NCBI GenBank assembly: GCA_032249135.1
Contig: JAVVGL010000005.1
Coordinates: 1 to 64,000 of the forward strand
Direction: 5' to 3'
Origin: Candidatus Calescibacterium sp.
Lineage (GTDB): Bacteria > Calescibacteriota > Calescibacteriia > Calescibacteriales > Calescibacteriaceae
Length of the DNA: 64,000 bases
Shown: piece after piece, positions 11,775-21,267 of the stretch
Layout of the letters: every line of letters starts with the position of its first letter
Numbering within the stretch: position 1 is the first letter of the stretch
Program-made: the position numbers and the translations under genes
The notes under the pieces: model-generated
The model's input: the letters and a program-made list of their open reading frames with translations, nothing else
Told to the model about the DNA's origin: nothing
The model's database searches: none

Positions 11775-12362
11775 ATGCAGAGTGCAGCTACATCTGAAAG
11801 TAAAGGCTCAGATCAAAAATATATACCAAGACTCAAAAAATATTATTTTGAGGTTGTTGTCCCAAAAATGATGGGAAAATTCAAATATGAAAATCCCCTT
11901 GAAGTTCCAAGACTTTACAAAATAGTTGTAAATATGGGAGTAGGGAAGTGGAAAGATGATGCAAATTATATTCAGGAAGCAATCCAAGATCTTTCACTTA
12001 TTACCGGACAAAAACCAGTTTTACGTAGAGCAAGAAAAGCAATAGCCGGATTTCACCTGAAAAAAGGCGAAGTTATTGGGCTGTCTGTTTGCTTGAGAGG
12101 AAATATGATGTATGATTTCTTTGATAGACTTATAAATATTGCAATGCCACGAGCAAAAGATTTCAAAGGTTTCTGGTCAAAAGGATTTGACGGGAAAGGA
12201 AACTACAACATAGGCATAAAGGAACACACAATTTTTCCAGAAGTTCCATATGCAAAAATAAAATATGTCAAAGGTATGAATGTCACAATAGTCACAACTG
12301 CTGAAACAGATGAAGAAGCCAAAGAACTTCTCAAACTTATGGGAATGCCCTTCAGAGACTAA
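11775..12362 (+). CDS. rplE: 50S ribosomal protein L5
   Basis: VPRL.KIVVNMGVG, ITGQKP, FDGKGNY.IGIKEH.IFPE, GMPF. Confidence 0.98.
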   Translation: MQSAATSESKGSDQKYIPRLKKYYFEVVVPKMMGKFKYENPLEVPRLYKIVVNMGVGKWKDDANYIQEAIQDLSLITGQKPVLRRARKAIAGFHLKKGEVIGLSVCLRGNMMYDFFDRLINIAMPRAKDFKGFWSKGFDGKGNYNIGIKEHTIFPEVPYAKIKYVKGMNVTIVTTAETDEEAKELLKLMGMPFRD

Positions 12363-12481
12363 TGATTGAAAAAATTCTCTAATAATTAAAAAATTTTTTT
12401 TAAGTCTTTTTTATACTGAATTTTTCTGTTTTTTTCTGATAATAAAACTCAAATTTATGTTAGCTGATAAAATTCAAATTT

Positions 12482-13840
12482 ATGGGAGATAAAGCAATAT
12501 CGCAGAATCCTGCCACTGAGGAGATTCTGGCAGAACACCCATTTGAATCAAAAGATGAAGCCCTTGAAAAAATAGAAAAGCTAAAACAATCATTTTTGAT
12601 GTGGAGAGAAAAGAGCATAGATGAAAGAGCAGAGGTTATACTAAAAATAGCTCAGGATCTCAGGGAAAATAAAAAGTCATATGCGGATCTTATAACATCG
12701 GAGATGGGAAAACCTATAAACCAGGCAGAAAGTGAAGTTGAAAAGTGTGCATACGCATGCGAATATTTTGCTCAAAACGCAAAAAAGTTTTTGGAACCGG
12801 AACATGTAAAAATTGACTTTGCAGATGAAGCTTATGTGGAGTTTGATCCACTTGGTGTTATCTTGGCAATAATGCCGTGGAATTTTCCATTCTGGCAGGT
12901 GATAAGATGTGCAGTTCCCGCAATTCTCGCAGGAAATGTAGTAGCTCTAAAACACTCACCAAATACATTTTTGTGTGCAAAAAAAATAGAAGAAATATTT
13001 TCTAAGTATGCTGACGGAATTTTAATTAACCTCTTTATAAAAGAAGAGGATGTAAAATTTATAATACCACAAGTTCAAGGAGTATCTTTGACAGGAAGCG
13101 TAAGAGCTGGACAAGCAGTAGGAGAGTTAGCAGGTAAAAATATAAAGCCTGTTGTTCTTGAGCTTGGAGGTTCTGATCCGTTTATAGTATTTGATGATGC
13201 AGATTTTGAATTGGCAGTTGAAACAGCGGTAAGAGCAAGGATAATAAATTCTGGTCAAAGCTGTATTGCTGCTAAAAGATTTATAATTCATGAAAAAATC
13301 TACAAAGATTTTGTTGAAGCTGTAAAGAGCAGAATAAAAAAGCTGAAAATAGGTGATCCGAAAGATAATGTAGATATTGGACCGATTGCAAGACGAGATC
13401 TTCTGGAAAATGCACTGAGAATAGTTCATGAAACAGAAAAAACCGGAGCAAAAGTAGAAGGTGGCAAAAGAATAGGAGAAAGAGGATTTTTCTTCTATCC
13501 TGCAATCATTGAAGAGGCGGACTTTTCCTCTCCTGTATTCAGGGAAGAAACCTTTGCTCCAATAATGCCAATTTTCAAATTCAAAACAGAAGATGAAGCG
13601 ATTGAGATAGCAAATAAAAGCGAATTCGGACTCGGTGCAGTTATATTCACAAAAAACATAGAAAGAGCAAAACGTATAGCAAAATATATAGAAGCTGGAA
13701 ATGTTGCAATAAACCTACAAGTCAGAAGCGACCCGAAACTTCCTTTTGGTGGAGTTAAAAAATCAGGGGTGGGGAGAGAGCTTTCAAGATACGGAATCCT
13801 TGAATTTGTAAATATAAAATCAGTTATGATAAAATATTAA
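12482..13840 (+). CDS. NAD(P)-dependent aldehyde dehydrogenase (succinate-semialdehyde dehydrogenase Sad/GabD-like)
   Basis: [43 protein letters not shown]. Confidence 0.93.
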   Translation: MGDKAISQNPATEEILAEHPFESKDEALEKIEKLKQSFLMWREKSIDERAEVILKIAQDLRENKKSYADLITSEMGKPINQAESEVEKCAYACEYFAQNAKKFLEPEHVKIDFADEAYVEFDPLGVILAIMPWNFPFWQVIRCAVPAILAGNVVALKHSPNTFLCAKKIEEIFSKYADGILINLFIKEEDVKFIIPQVQGVSLTGSVRAGQAVGELAGKNIKPVVLELGGSDPFIVFDDADFELAVETAVRARIINSGQSCIAAKRFIIHEKIYKDFVEAVKSRIKKLKIGDPKDNVDIGPIARRDLLENALRIVHETEKTGAKVEGGKRIGERGFFFYPAIIEEADFSSPVFREETFAPIMPIFKFKTEDEAIEIANKSEFGLGAVIFTKNIERAKRIAKYIEAGNVAINLQVRSDPKLPFGGVKKSGVGRELSRYGILEFVNIKSVMIKY

Positions 13841-13849
13841 GATTTAAAG

Positions 13850-14980
13850 ATGAGCATAATTTTGGCAATAATTATACTTGGATTGATGATCTTATTCCAC
13901 GAGTTCGGACATTTTATATTCTGTAAAATATTTGGTGTAAAAGTACTTAGGTTCTCAATTGGTTTTGGTCCTGCAATTTTAAGAAAAAAAATAGGAGACA
14001 CAGAATTCAGATTATCTCTTATACCGCTTGGAGGTTATGTTACACCGCTTGAAAAAGAAAAAATAGATCTTATGGTTGAAGAAAGAGCATATGAGCTTTC
14101 AAATAAACTTAACCTCAGTGAAAGCTTAGCAAGAGAGATAGCGTGGGAAGAAATAAGAAAAGAGTTTGGAATCTCACAAAATTCCAGAAATGTTTTTTTA
14201 GAATCAAAACCATACTTTCAGAAATTTCTTATAGTTTTTGCTGGTCCCCTTTTTAATGTCATACTTGCCATATTTTTTATGTACTTTCTTTTGGTTATAG
14301 GATATGAAACTTTGGGAACAAAATTAGGAAAAGTTTTAGAGAATTCACCAGCAGAAAAATATGGGCTTCAACCGGGAGATATAGTTCTGGAGGTGAACAA
14401 AAGAACCGTCAAAACATGGCAAGATATAAGGCGTGAAATAGTATTGTCAGAAGGAAAAATAAATCTAAAAATCCAAAGAGGGGAACAAATTTTATATTTT
14501 GAGATTGAACCTCAAATAATTGATGGGAGAAGGATAATTGGAATTTTGCCAGACGAAAATAATAAAGTTGTAATAAAATATTCTCCTATTTTGGCTGTTC
14601 CAAAGAGCATAGAAAATACAATAAGCACTATTTCAGATATGTTTTATGCTATAAAACTAATTTTCACAAAAGAAGGAATTGAAAGTATAGGGGGACCAAT
14701 CACAATAGCGAAAGTAACATCAGATGCAGCAAAGGAAAGCATACAATCCCTCCTTTCTGTGTCATTTCTCATATCTTTAAACCTTGCTCTCCTCAATATC
14801 CTTCCCATACCAGTTTTAGATGGGGGACATATATTAATATTCACAATAGAAGCTCTGATAAGAAGAAGATTAAATTATAAAACGAAATTTGCAATAACAG
14901 TATTTGGTTTGTTCATCATACTTATTTTAGCTTTCATAGGAATATCAAACGACATAAAAAATATACTGAAAAAAGAATGA
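13850..14980 (+). CDS. rseP: RIP (M50) zinc metalloprotease RseP with PDZ domain
   Basis: HEFGH, IPLGGYV, AGPLFN, PDZ (SPAEKYGLQPGD), NILPIPVLDGGH. Confidence 0.95.
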   Translation: MSIILAIIILGLMILFHEFGHFIFCKIFGVKVLRFSIGFGPAILRKKIGDTEFRLSLIPLGGYVTPLEKEKIDLMVEERAYELSNKLNLSESLAREIAWEEIRKEFGISQNSRNVFLESKPYFQKFLIVFAGPLFNVILAIFFMYFLLVIGYETLGTKLGKVLENSPAEKYGLQPGDIVLEVNKRTVKTWQDIRREIVLSEGKINLKIQRGEQILYFEIEPQIIDGRRIIGILPDENNKVVIKYSPILAVPKSIENTISTISDMFYAIKLIFTKEGIESIGGPITIAKVTSDAAKESIQSLLSVSFLISLNLALLNILPIPVLDGGHILIFTIEALIRRRLNYKTKFAITVFGLFIILILAFIGISNDIKNILKKE

Positions 14981-15001
14981 ATAAATAGAGCCGCAAAAAA
15001 A

Positions 15002-16189
15002 ATGGAAATATATTTGTCAAACTTCAAAAATTACATTTCAAATTCCAAGCCAGAGGGCTTATACATACATATACCTTTCTGTATAGAGAAGTGCCCATAC
15101 TGCGACTTTGTATCGGGAATTAGACCAGAAAGCTCAATTGTAGATAAATATTTTTCTGCACTTGAAAAAGAATTCTTCCTTTATCTTGAAATTGTTGATT
15201 TATCAAGATGTAAAACACTTTACTTTGGAGGAGGAACTCCCAGCTTATTTCCAAAAAATCTTGAAAAGATTGTAGAGATTATAAAAAAGTATGCACAAAA
15301 AATAGAGGAAATATCAGTTGAAGCAAACCCATCGGGCAATCTTAATCCTTCTGACTTCTCCTTTGCAACAAGAATCTCATTTGGAGTTCAATCTTTTTCT
15401 GAAAAAAATCTCAAATTCTTAGGAAGAAATCATGACCCCAATGAATCAAAAAAATTAGTTTCAAAATTTTCAAATTACTTTGATGTGAATGTAGATATAA
15501 TTTTTGGTATTCCCGAACAAACTCCGGAAGATCATTTAGAAGACCTGAAAATCTCATTAGACCTCGGTGTAAAACATATTTCAACTTATCTTCTCACACC
15601 ATACGAAAACACACCTTTGGGTATAAAAGTAAAGAGAGGAGAAATAAAGTTGCCGGAGGATGTATCCGGTTTTTTTGATATTCAAGGATACCTTGAGGAT
15701 AATGGAATGATAAGGTATGAAATTTCCAACTTTGCATTTTCTGGTTTTTTCTGCAAACATAACCTACTTTATTGGAACAGAAATGATTTTTTAGGTTTGG
15801 GAATTTCTGCTTGGTCAAAAATTCGTTCTGCAAGATTTGCAAACACTCCAAAAATAACAGAATACATAGAAAAAATAAGCAACAAAAAATTTGCAGTATC
15901 ACATATTGATTTCATTGACACAAAAAGGCTCATATACGAGATAATATTTTTAAGGTTAAGAAAGGTAAATGAAGGGATTGACCTAAAAGAGCTTTGCAAT
16001 TACTTAGATATTGAAAAATTTTCAAATCTTATAATTAGAAAATTGGGAGATTTTATTCTTTTTGAGAATGGGAGATTAAAAATCAAAAGGAATTTTCTTT
16101 ATATTTCAGATTATATCACTCGTGAGATTTTTTTAATAGTTGATAAGATTTTTCAGCCTCAGCAACACAGTATTCCCAATCTTGCCTGA
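15002..16189 (+). CDS. hemW: Radical SAM heme chaperone HemW (HemN-like)
   Basis: YIHIPFC...CPYCDF, FGGGTPS, YEISNF, HNLLYW. Confidence 0.88.
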   Translation: MEIYLSNFKNYISNSKPEGLYIHIPFCIEKCPYCDFVSGIRPESSIVDKYFSALEKEFFLYLEIVDLSRCKTLYFGGGTPSLFPKNLEKIVEIIKKYAQKIEEISVEANPSGNLNPSDFSFATRISFGVQSFSEKNLKFLGRNHDPNESKKLVSKFSNYFDVNVDIIFGIPEQTPEDHLEDLKISLDLGVKHISTYLLTPYENTPLGIKVKRGEIKLPEDVSGFFDIQGYLEDNGMIRYEISNFAFSGFFCKHNLLYWNRNDFLGLGISAWSKIRSARFANTPKITEYIEKISNKKFAVSHIDFIDTKRLIYEIIFLRLRKVNEGIDLKELCNYLDIEKFSNLIIRKLGDFILFENGRLKIKRNFLYISDYITREIFLIVDKIFQPQQHSIPNLA

Positions 16190-16955
16190 AAAATTCCCTT
16201 ATCTTCATAAGCTCCTCATAAGTGGGAAATATTTCATCTTTCACAGATTTCAAAAACTTGTTTTCTGGAATAAATTTGCCGAGATAAAGTATAGAATATC
16301 TTAAAGGAAAAACATAAAGATATTTTTTCAAAAGATTATTTTCAGGTGGGGTGTAATTTATAAATCGGGAGATAATATAAGCTAAACTCAACTCTTTTTC
16401 TCCGTAGGATTTATGAACAATTTTTTTGGGAAACTCACCTTCAAATTTTCCACCTATGTAATCTAAAATCTTTTGCAAAAATTTTTGTGGATTATTTTTG
16501 AGTTCATCATAAATCAAAATAAGTGGATTTTTTGAAAATCTATTCCTGATGTGTTCAATCTTTTTTGCGTAAATCAAATCTTCTATTTTATACCATCCTG
16601 TATTTTCAAGATTGAAAAAATCTTTAAATTTCACATGAAAGCCATTTTTTATAGTTCTTTTGTATTGAGATAATATCCACTCATCATGTCTTCTGAACAC
16701 AATTATTATTCCGGTATCAGGGAAAAATTTTGAGAATTCTTCAGTTTCTCTTTCAAATCGCTCATCAAACTCACGGGAAATAAGGAACTTTAAATTTTGA
16801 TTTTTATTTTTTTTGAGACAATCTAAAATTATACTTTTAGCTCTTCTATATTTTTGAGGTTTTATGTAATGAATACCTTTAATCTTCGGAAAAAACTCGT
16901 GTTGGAGAAATTTTGTACCAGTTTTTCCTAACCCTACATGAAAATAAATCTCCAT
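16116..16955 (-). CDS. Sulfotransferase-like P-loop protein
   Basis: N-terminal HVGLGKTGTKFLQ (PAPS-binding-loop-like), IIIVFRRHDEWILSQY, YDELKNNP. Confidence 0.65.
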   Translation of the reverse strand: MEIYFHVGLGKTGTKFLQHEFFPKIKGIHYIKPQKYRRAKSIILDCLKKNKNQNLKFLISREFDERFERETEEFSKFFPDTGIIIVFRRHDEWILSQYKRTIKNGFHVKFKDFFNLENTGWYKIEDLIYAKKIEHIRNRFSKNPLILIYDELKNNPQKFLQKILDYIGGKFEGEFPKKIVHKSYGEKELSLAYIISRFINYTPPENNLLKKYLYVFPLRYSILYLGKFIPENKFLKSVKDEIFPTYEELMKIREFFRQDWEYCVAEAEKSYQLLKKSHE

Positions 16956-16989
16956 AGATTTTTTATTTTATTGATGATAAATACTTTTT

Positions 16990-17487
16990 TTATTTTTGAG
17001 GTTTTGGGGCTAATTTGAAGTTGAAGTTAGGTTCAACGGGTTTTTCGGCAGATTCAACTTTCTTTATCCAAGGAATATATCGTGAAAGAGTTCTCCTTAT
17101 TCCCGCTTTCATAGTAACGATTGCAGATGGACAAAGAGAGCAAGCGCCTTGAAGAGAAACAACGACCTCTCCCTTCTCCTCATTCACTTCCTTTACCTTG
17201 ATACCTCCGCTGTGTGATTTGAGGTATTCTGAAATTTTACTTAACACATAGTTGACCTCTTCTAATCCGCTTTTTAGAAGAACTATTTTTTTGCCGAAAA
17301 TTTCTTCTAATTTAACTATTGCATAAGTTAGCTTTTCAGCAGGAGTATCAGGATTTATTCTTATACCCAAAATTACCTCATCCTTCTTTTCTTCTATTAC
17401 ATAAATACTTTTTATAAAGTGAAATTCATCTTGAATTTTAGATATTTTATCAGAATAATTTTGATTTATCTCAGACTTTACCAACAT
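16990..17487 (-). CDS. NifU/Nfu-family Fe-S carrier with an extra N-terminal domain
   Basis: C-terminal Nfu domain LKSHSGGI...VSLQGACSLCPSAIVTMKAGI. ATG at 17487 chosen over TTG at 17496. Confidence 0.82.
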   Translation of the reverse strand: MLVKSEINQNYSDKISKIQDEFHFIKSIYVIEEKKDEVILGIRINPDTPAEKLTYAIVKLEEIFGKKIVLLKSGLEEVNYVLSKISEYLKSHSGGIKVKEVNEEKGEVVVSLQGACSLCPSAIVTMKAGIRRTLSRYIPWIKKVESAEKPVEPNFNFKLAPKPQK

Positions 17488-17497
17488 AACAACCAAT

Positions 17498-17620
17498 TGT
17501 TAAAATGGGTTTGGGGAACGGTTTATTTGCTATGAGCTTTTGGCTCATGCAAACCTTACTTCCCCCAGCCACTGCCACAGCTTCTACCCGTTCTACCGGG
17601 CTACCTTTACTTTTTCTTTT
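17498..17620. ncRNA. Candidate structured RNA or cis-element, family unknown
   Basis: GC-rich island with nested stems: GGGGAA 17513-18/TTCCCC 17560-65, GGTTT/AAACC, ATGAGC 17532-37/GCTCAT 17543-48. Second hairpin CCCG/CGGG 17587-600 followed by a T-rich tract. TGTTAAAAT at 17498-506. Confidence 0.45.
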
Positions 17621-17661
17621 ACCTTTACTTTTCTTCTTTTTTCCTCTTCTTTTTTTTAGTT

Positions 17662-17982
17662 TCAATTTTCTTCTGACCATATTTTTAGGTATTCGGTAGG
17701 AGGAATTTCAGCGAGTCCGACAACTCGTTTTATTTCTGGGAACTCATAAGCTAACTCATTCCCGATGATTTGAGCAAGCTGATTTGCGGCGCACCCGCAG
17801 AAGGGAGAGCATCCTACCCCATCGCCGAGGGCTATCCCTAAAAGAACGGTTCCTGTCTCTTCATCATAATCTTTGACCCAAACAATTACATTTTCTATTT
17901 GAGGACTTGCTTTTATTCTTGGTCTAATTTCTGATAATATAAATTCATTCATTTTTTTTACTCTTTCTTTTTGCACTGACAT
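17662..17982 (-). CDS. Divergent Nfu-like protein with a CxxxCxC motif
   Basis: EIRPRI...DYDEETGTVLL...GCSPFCGC...FPEIKRVV follows the Nfu domain pattern. Confidence 0.6.
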   Translation of the reverse strand: MSVQKERVKKMNEFILSEIRPRIKASPQIENVIVWVKDYDEETGTVLLGIALGDGVGCSPFCGCAANQLAQIIGNELAYEFPEIKRVVGLAEIPPTEYLKIWSEEN

Positions 17983-18165
17983 AGCTCTATTACCCTCCTT
18001 TTTTTATTTATTCAAATCATTCTATTTTAGTCATTTTTTTCTATTTAGAAACAATTTTTAGTATATTTTTGATTTAAAAAATTACATTCTACTTTTTTGA
18101 GTTGATTTTTATTTTATAATAAAAACATCTTTATTTATTATTGTAATAAATTTAAAATATAAGGT

Positions 18166-18951
18166 ATGAGGGAGACAGGAGTTAAAAAAGAGCCGATAGG
18201 CTTTCAGGAAAGATTGAGAATGTTTGAGGAATTCAGAATGGCGAAAAATAAAATTCTATCTCCGGAGGACTTTGTTGAAGTTTCAATAAAAGACAGAAGA
18301 ACCGGTGAGGTGAAAAAGAGGAAAATGATTTTAAAATCTGGTTGGAGAAAGATAAAGCTATTTTTTGGTATATCAAGTGAGATTCTTGAGCTAAGGAGAG
18401 AAAAAGATGGAAACAAAATAATATATTTGTGCAAAGCAAGAGTATATACACAATCTGGAATGTCCGCAGAAGCTGTTGGAGTTTGCTCGTCAGATGAACC
18501 CGGAAAGGCAAATATGCCAGAATATATTTTATCTTCAATATCGCAAACAAGAGCGATAAATAAAGCGATAGCTGATCTCGTTGGAGCAGACTTTGACGAA
18601 GATATTGATGTAGAAAAACTTGAGGATGAAGATATAGATATATCACACACAGAAAAATCCCAAGAATATTATAATACTTATAGTGAATCTACTGAGAGAG
18701 CTTTACCTTCTGATAAGTCAAAAATGGTCTCTTTCATATTTGATATGGTAAAAAAGCTCGAAACCGAAGGGAATATAAGCAGAGGAGAAATTTTTGCTAA
18801 AATAAAGGAGTATCTTGGACTACCAAAAAATCAGCAAATAAAGATTACTGATCTTGATATAGAAACCCTAAAAAAAATAGATTCTTTTCTGAGAGGAGAA
18901 ATTGAAAGCTTGCAACAAAAAACGAGTTACGAAGAGGAAAACTTCTTCTGA
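18166..18951 (+). CDS. Putative single-strand annealing protein (Rad52/Erf/Sak-like)
   Basis: KSGWRKI, beta-rich core (YLCKARV...AEAVGVCSSDE), SQTRAINKAIADLVG helix, acidic linker, acidic/aromatic tail EEENFF. Confidence 0.55.
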   Translation: MRETGVKKEPIGFQERLRMFEEFRMAKNKILSPEDFVEVSIKDRRTGEVKKRKMILKSGWRKIKLFFGISSEILELRREKDGNKIIYLCKARVYTQSGMSAEAVGVCSSDEPGKANMPEYILSSISQTRAINKAIADLVGADFDEDIDVEKLEDEDIDISHTEKSQEYYNTYSESTERALPSDKSKMVSFIFDMVKKLETEGNISRGEIFAKIKEYLGLPKNQQIKITDLDIETLKKIDSFLRGEIESLQQKTSYEEENFF

Positions 18952-18966
18952 TGAGTAAAACAACCT

Positions 18967-19443
18967 GTGAGGAGAAAAACGCTTATACTTTTGACTATTT
19001 TGAACTTATTTATTTGTATGAAATTTCTCATTATTCCATCTTGGGAATATTATTCTGATCTCAAAGAAAAAGTTTCAGAGCTGAAATCGGAGTATGAGGA
19101 TATAAAACTCAAAAATAAATTGAAGCAACAAATCATAAATGACATAAGAGAATACACGAAAAAGCTGAAAAACATAGAAATGTTTGATTTATTTTATACT
19201 CCATTCAAGATAATTTTATCGGAAACTTTGAATTCCAATTTCTCCTGCGCAGAAAAAATTTGTTTTTCTTCATATACAAAAAGGGGGGAACTTGAAGGAG
19301 AATTTATAGACCTTCTGGCTTTGCTTAAATTCATAAGTGAAAGCAAATACTATTTTGATCCCAAAAAGTTAAGCATCAAAAAATCTGATAAGGGAAAGAT
19401 AAGAATTGATGTCATTTTTGATACCCTACAAGTTCAAGATTAG
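18967..19443 (+). CDS. PilO/GspM-like membrane-anchored protein
   Basis: N-terminal TM, coiled coil, then LEGEFIDLLALLKFI...KLSI ferredoxin-like pattern. Confidence 0.45.
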   Translation: MRRKTLILLTILNLFICMKFLIIPSWEYYSDLKEKVSELKSEYEDIKLKNKLKQQIINDIREYTKKLKNIEMFDLFYTPFKIILSETLNSNFSCAEKICFSSYTKRGELEGEFIDLLALLKFISESKYYFDPKKLSIKKSDKGKIRIDVIFDTLQVQD

Positions 19444-19493
19444 AGAAAAATTTATTTTTTTCTTTTTTTGATTTTAAGAATTAAAATAATTTT

Positions 19494-19904
19494 ATGGTTT
19501 GGTTATCTATGATTCTTTCTTTTTTTGTATATCCTTTTTACTCTATTTGGAAAACAATAGTTTCATCATTTAAAGATAGGACAAAATTTTCCGTTTACGG
19601 GATGGAAGATCATACTTATGTGATGAATTTTTCGGTTCTTTTTGGTAAATATTTTGTAGTTTTTTCCAGCATAATCAACACTGCTATTGTTGCCTTCATA
19701 ATTAAAGTTTTTGGGAAACCTCCTTTATGGTTATTTGTTCTAACGACATTTTCTGCTTTTCTGACTTTCTACTGGATTTATTCAGGAATAATATATTTCC
19801 TTGAACTCTTATATTATATATCCTCAAACACACGAAAAATCTTGCAGAAGATTGATAACTTAGATAAAGAAACAAAACGCCAAGATAAGGAAATAGTTCA
19901 TTGA
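19494..19904 (+). CDS. Hypothetical membrane protein
   Basis: 136-aa ORF with about 3 hydrophobic segments. Confidence 0.6.
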   Translation: MVWLSMILSFFVYPFYSIWKTIVSSFKDRTKFSVYGMEDHTYVMNFSVLFGKYFVVFSSIINTAIVAFIIKVFGKPPLWLFVLTTFSAFLTFYWIYSGIIYFLELLYYISSNTRKILQKIDNLDKETKRQDKEIVH

Positions 19905-19910
19905 ACTTGA

Positions 19911-20594
19911 TTATTGAACTTGATTCATATTTTTTTTGCTCCCTCGGTAATTTTCCCTATAATCCTCATCAGAGATTTGAGTTTTCTCTATAAATTTTTT
20001 TATGTAAAGGACTGGAATTAATGTAGTAGATGATGCCATGCCAATTTCAAAGTGGGGGTTTTCAAAAAAAATCTTTGAAGCCAGAGGAATGTTTCTGAAA
20101 TATTCACACATACCTAAAATTGCAAGGGTTCCTTTTTCTGTCCCATATGTTTCCCATATCCTCCATCCCCCTTTACTATCACCTTGCTTTATAAAGGAAA
20201 GAATTTTATTACCATCTAACTTTGTTTGAGCTACATACCTCACAGTAAATCTTATAAAAGAAATTATGTTTACCTCAATTTGAAATTCAACATCATATGT
20301 ATTTTCATCTAACTGTTTTAGAATTTTCGCGCTTTTTATACTCGGAAATGCTCTGATAATCATTTGCGGGTCCCATAAAACTTCAAGGACTTTCTTTTGA
20401 GGAGCAAAAATCTGTGTAGCAGAAATTGAAAGTATTGCTTCCCTTCCTTCAAGATCCTTACATTTTCTCAACATAGTTACCGTGTCTTTTTCAGTTATTT
20501 TTTTGAGAGATTCTATATCTAATTTAGGGATTGAGAAATTGTAATTATAGTCTCCAAAAAGTAAAAGAAAAACTAATAGAGAAACCATAAACAA
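19911..20594 (-). CDS. Exported SRPBCC/START-like protein
   Basis: Signal-like N-terminus; IFAPQKKVLEVLWD...FPSIKSAKIL...GDSKGGWRIW pattern. Confidence 0.5.
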   Translation of the reverse strand: MFMVSLLVFLLLFGDYNYNFSIPKLDIESLKKITEKDTVTMLRKCKDLEGREAILSISATQIFAPQKKVLEVLWDPQMIIRAFPSIKSAKILKQLDENTYDVEFQIEVNIISFIRFTVRYVAQTKLDGNKILSFIKQGDSKGGWRIWETYGTEKGTLAILGMCEYFRNIPLASKIFFENPHFEIGMASSTTLIPVLYIKKFIEKTQISDEDYRENYRGSKKNMNQVQ

Positions 20595-20732
20595 ATATTA
20601 AAGTTATTTGCTGATGTTTTTGAGATTTTTAGGTTATTTGGAAACATTAGGTTGTTTGGACACAGAAAAATTTCTATGTAGAAAAAATAAGATAAAAACA
20701 AAAATTTTACCTGATGTATTATAATTTAGGGT

Positions 20733-21257
20733 ATGATAAAGCGAAAAAGAGAACTGCCTGTGTCAGGTGATGTTAATGTTATACCTTTTATAGACATGCT
20801 CTCTGTTATAATAATATTTTTGATAATGGTTGCAAGTTTTCTCAATCTTGGTGTTATTGAAAGTTCTATGCCAAAGGCAGGAGGGGAAAGTGCATCGGTT
20901 GCACAACCTGAAAAGAAAAAAGAGGAGAAAGAAAAGTTAAATCTCACAATAGCTATCACAGATAAAGGATTTTATATAGGGGGAGCCGGGGCGATATTAC
21001 AACAAAGAGCGGGGGAACCAACTATTCCAAAAGTAGATGGTAAATATGATTTCAAAGCACTGAATGACAAACTCTGGGAAATAAAACAAAGATACCCAGA
21101 TGAATGGGATGTTATAATTTTACCAGAAGATGATATTGATTATCAAACAATAATAAAAACTATGGATGCTGCACGAGAAAGATGGGTTGAAGAAAATGGC
21201 AAAAAAGTGAAAAAATATCTTTTCCCAAATGTAGCAATAGCAGCAGGAATTTTCTGA
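20733..21257 (+). CDS. ExbD/TolR-family biopolymer transport or motor subunit
   Basis: DVNVIPFIDMLSVIIIFL TM with conserved Asp; PEDDIDYQTIIKTMDAAR. Confidence 0.88.
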   Translation: MIKRKRELPVSGDVNVIPFIDMLSVIIIFLIMVASFLNLGVIESSMPKAGGESASVAQPEKKKEEKEKLNLTIAITDKGFYIGGAGAILQQRAGEPTIPKVDGKYDFKALNDKLWEIKQRYPDEWDVIILPEDDIDYQTIIKTMDAARERWVEENGKKVKKYLFPNVAIAAGIF

Positions 21258-21267
21258 GGGAAAATAG

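Noticed and set aside
17471-17680. 69-aa Lys/Arg-rich minus-strand ORF, and the 64-aa plus-strand ORF 17505..17699
   Set aside because: The N-terminal half is just the translation of a purine tract, it overlaps both neighbours, has no RBS and no recognisable family. The RNA structure explains the GC-rich half better. Not fully excluded.
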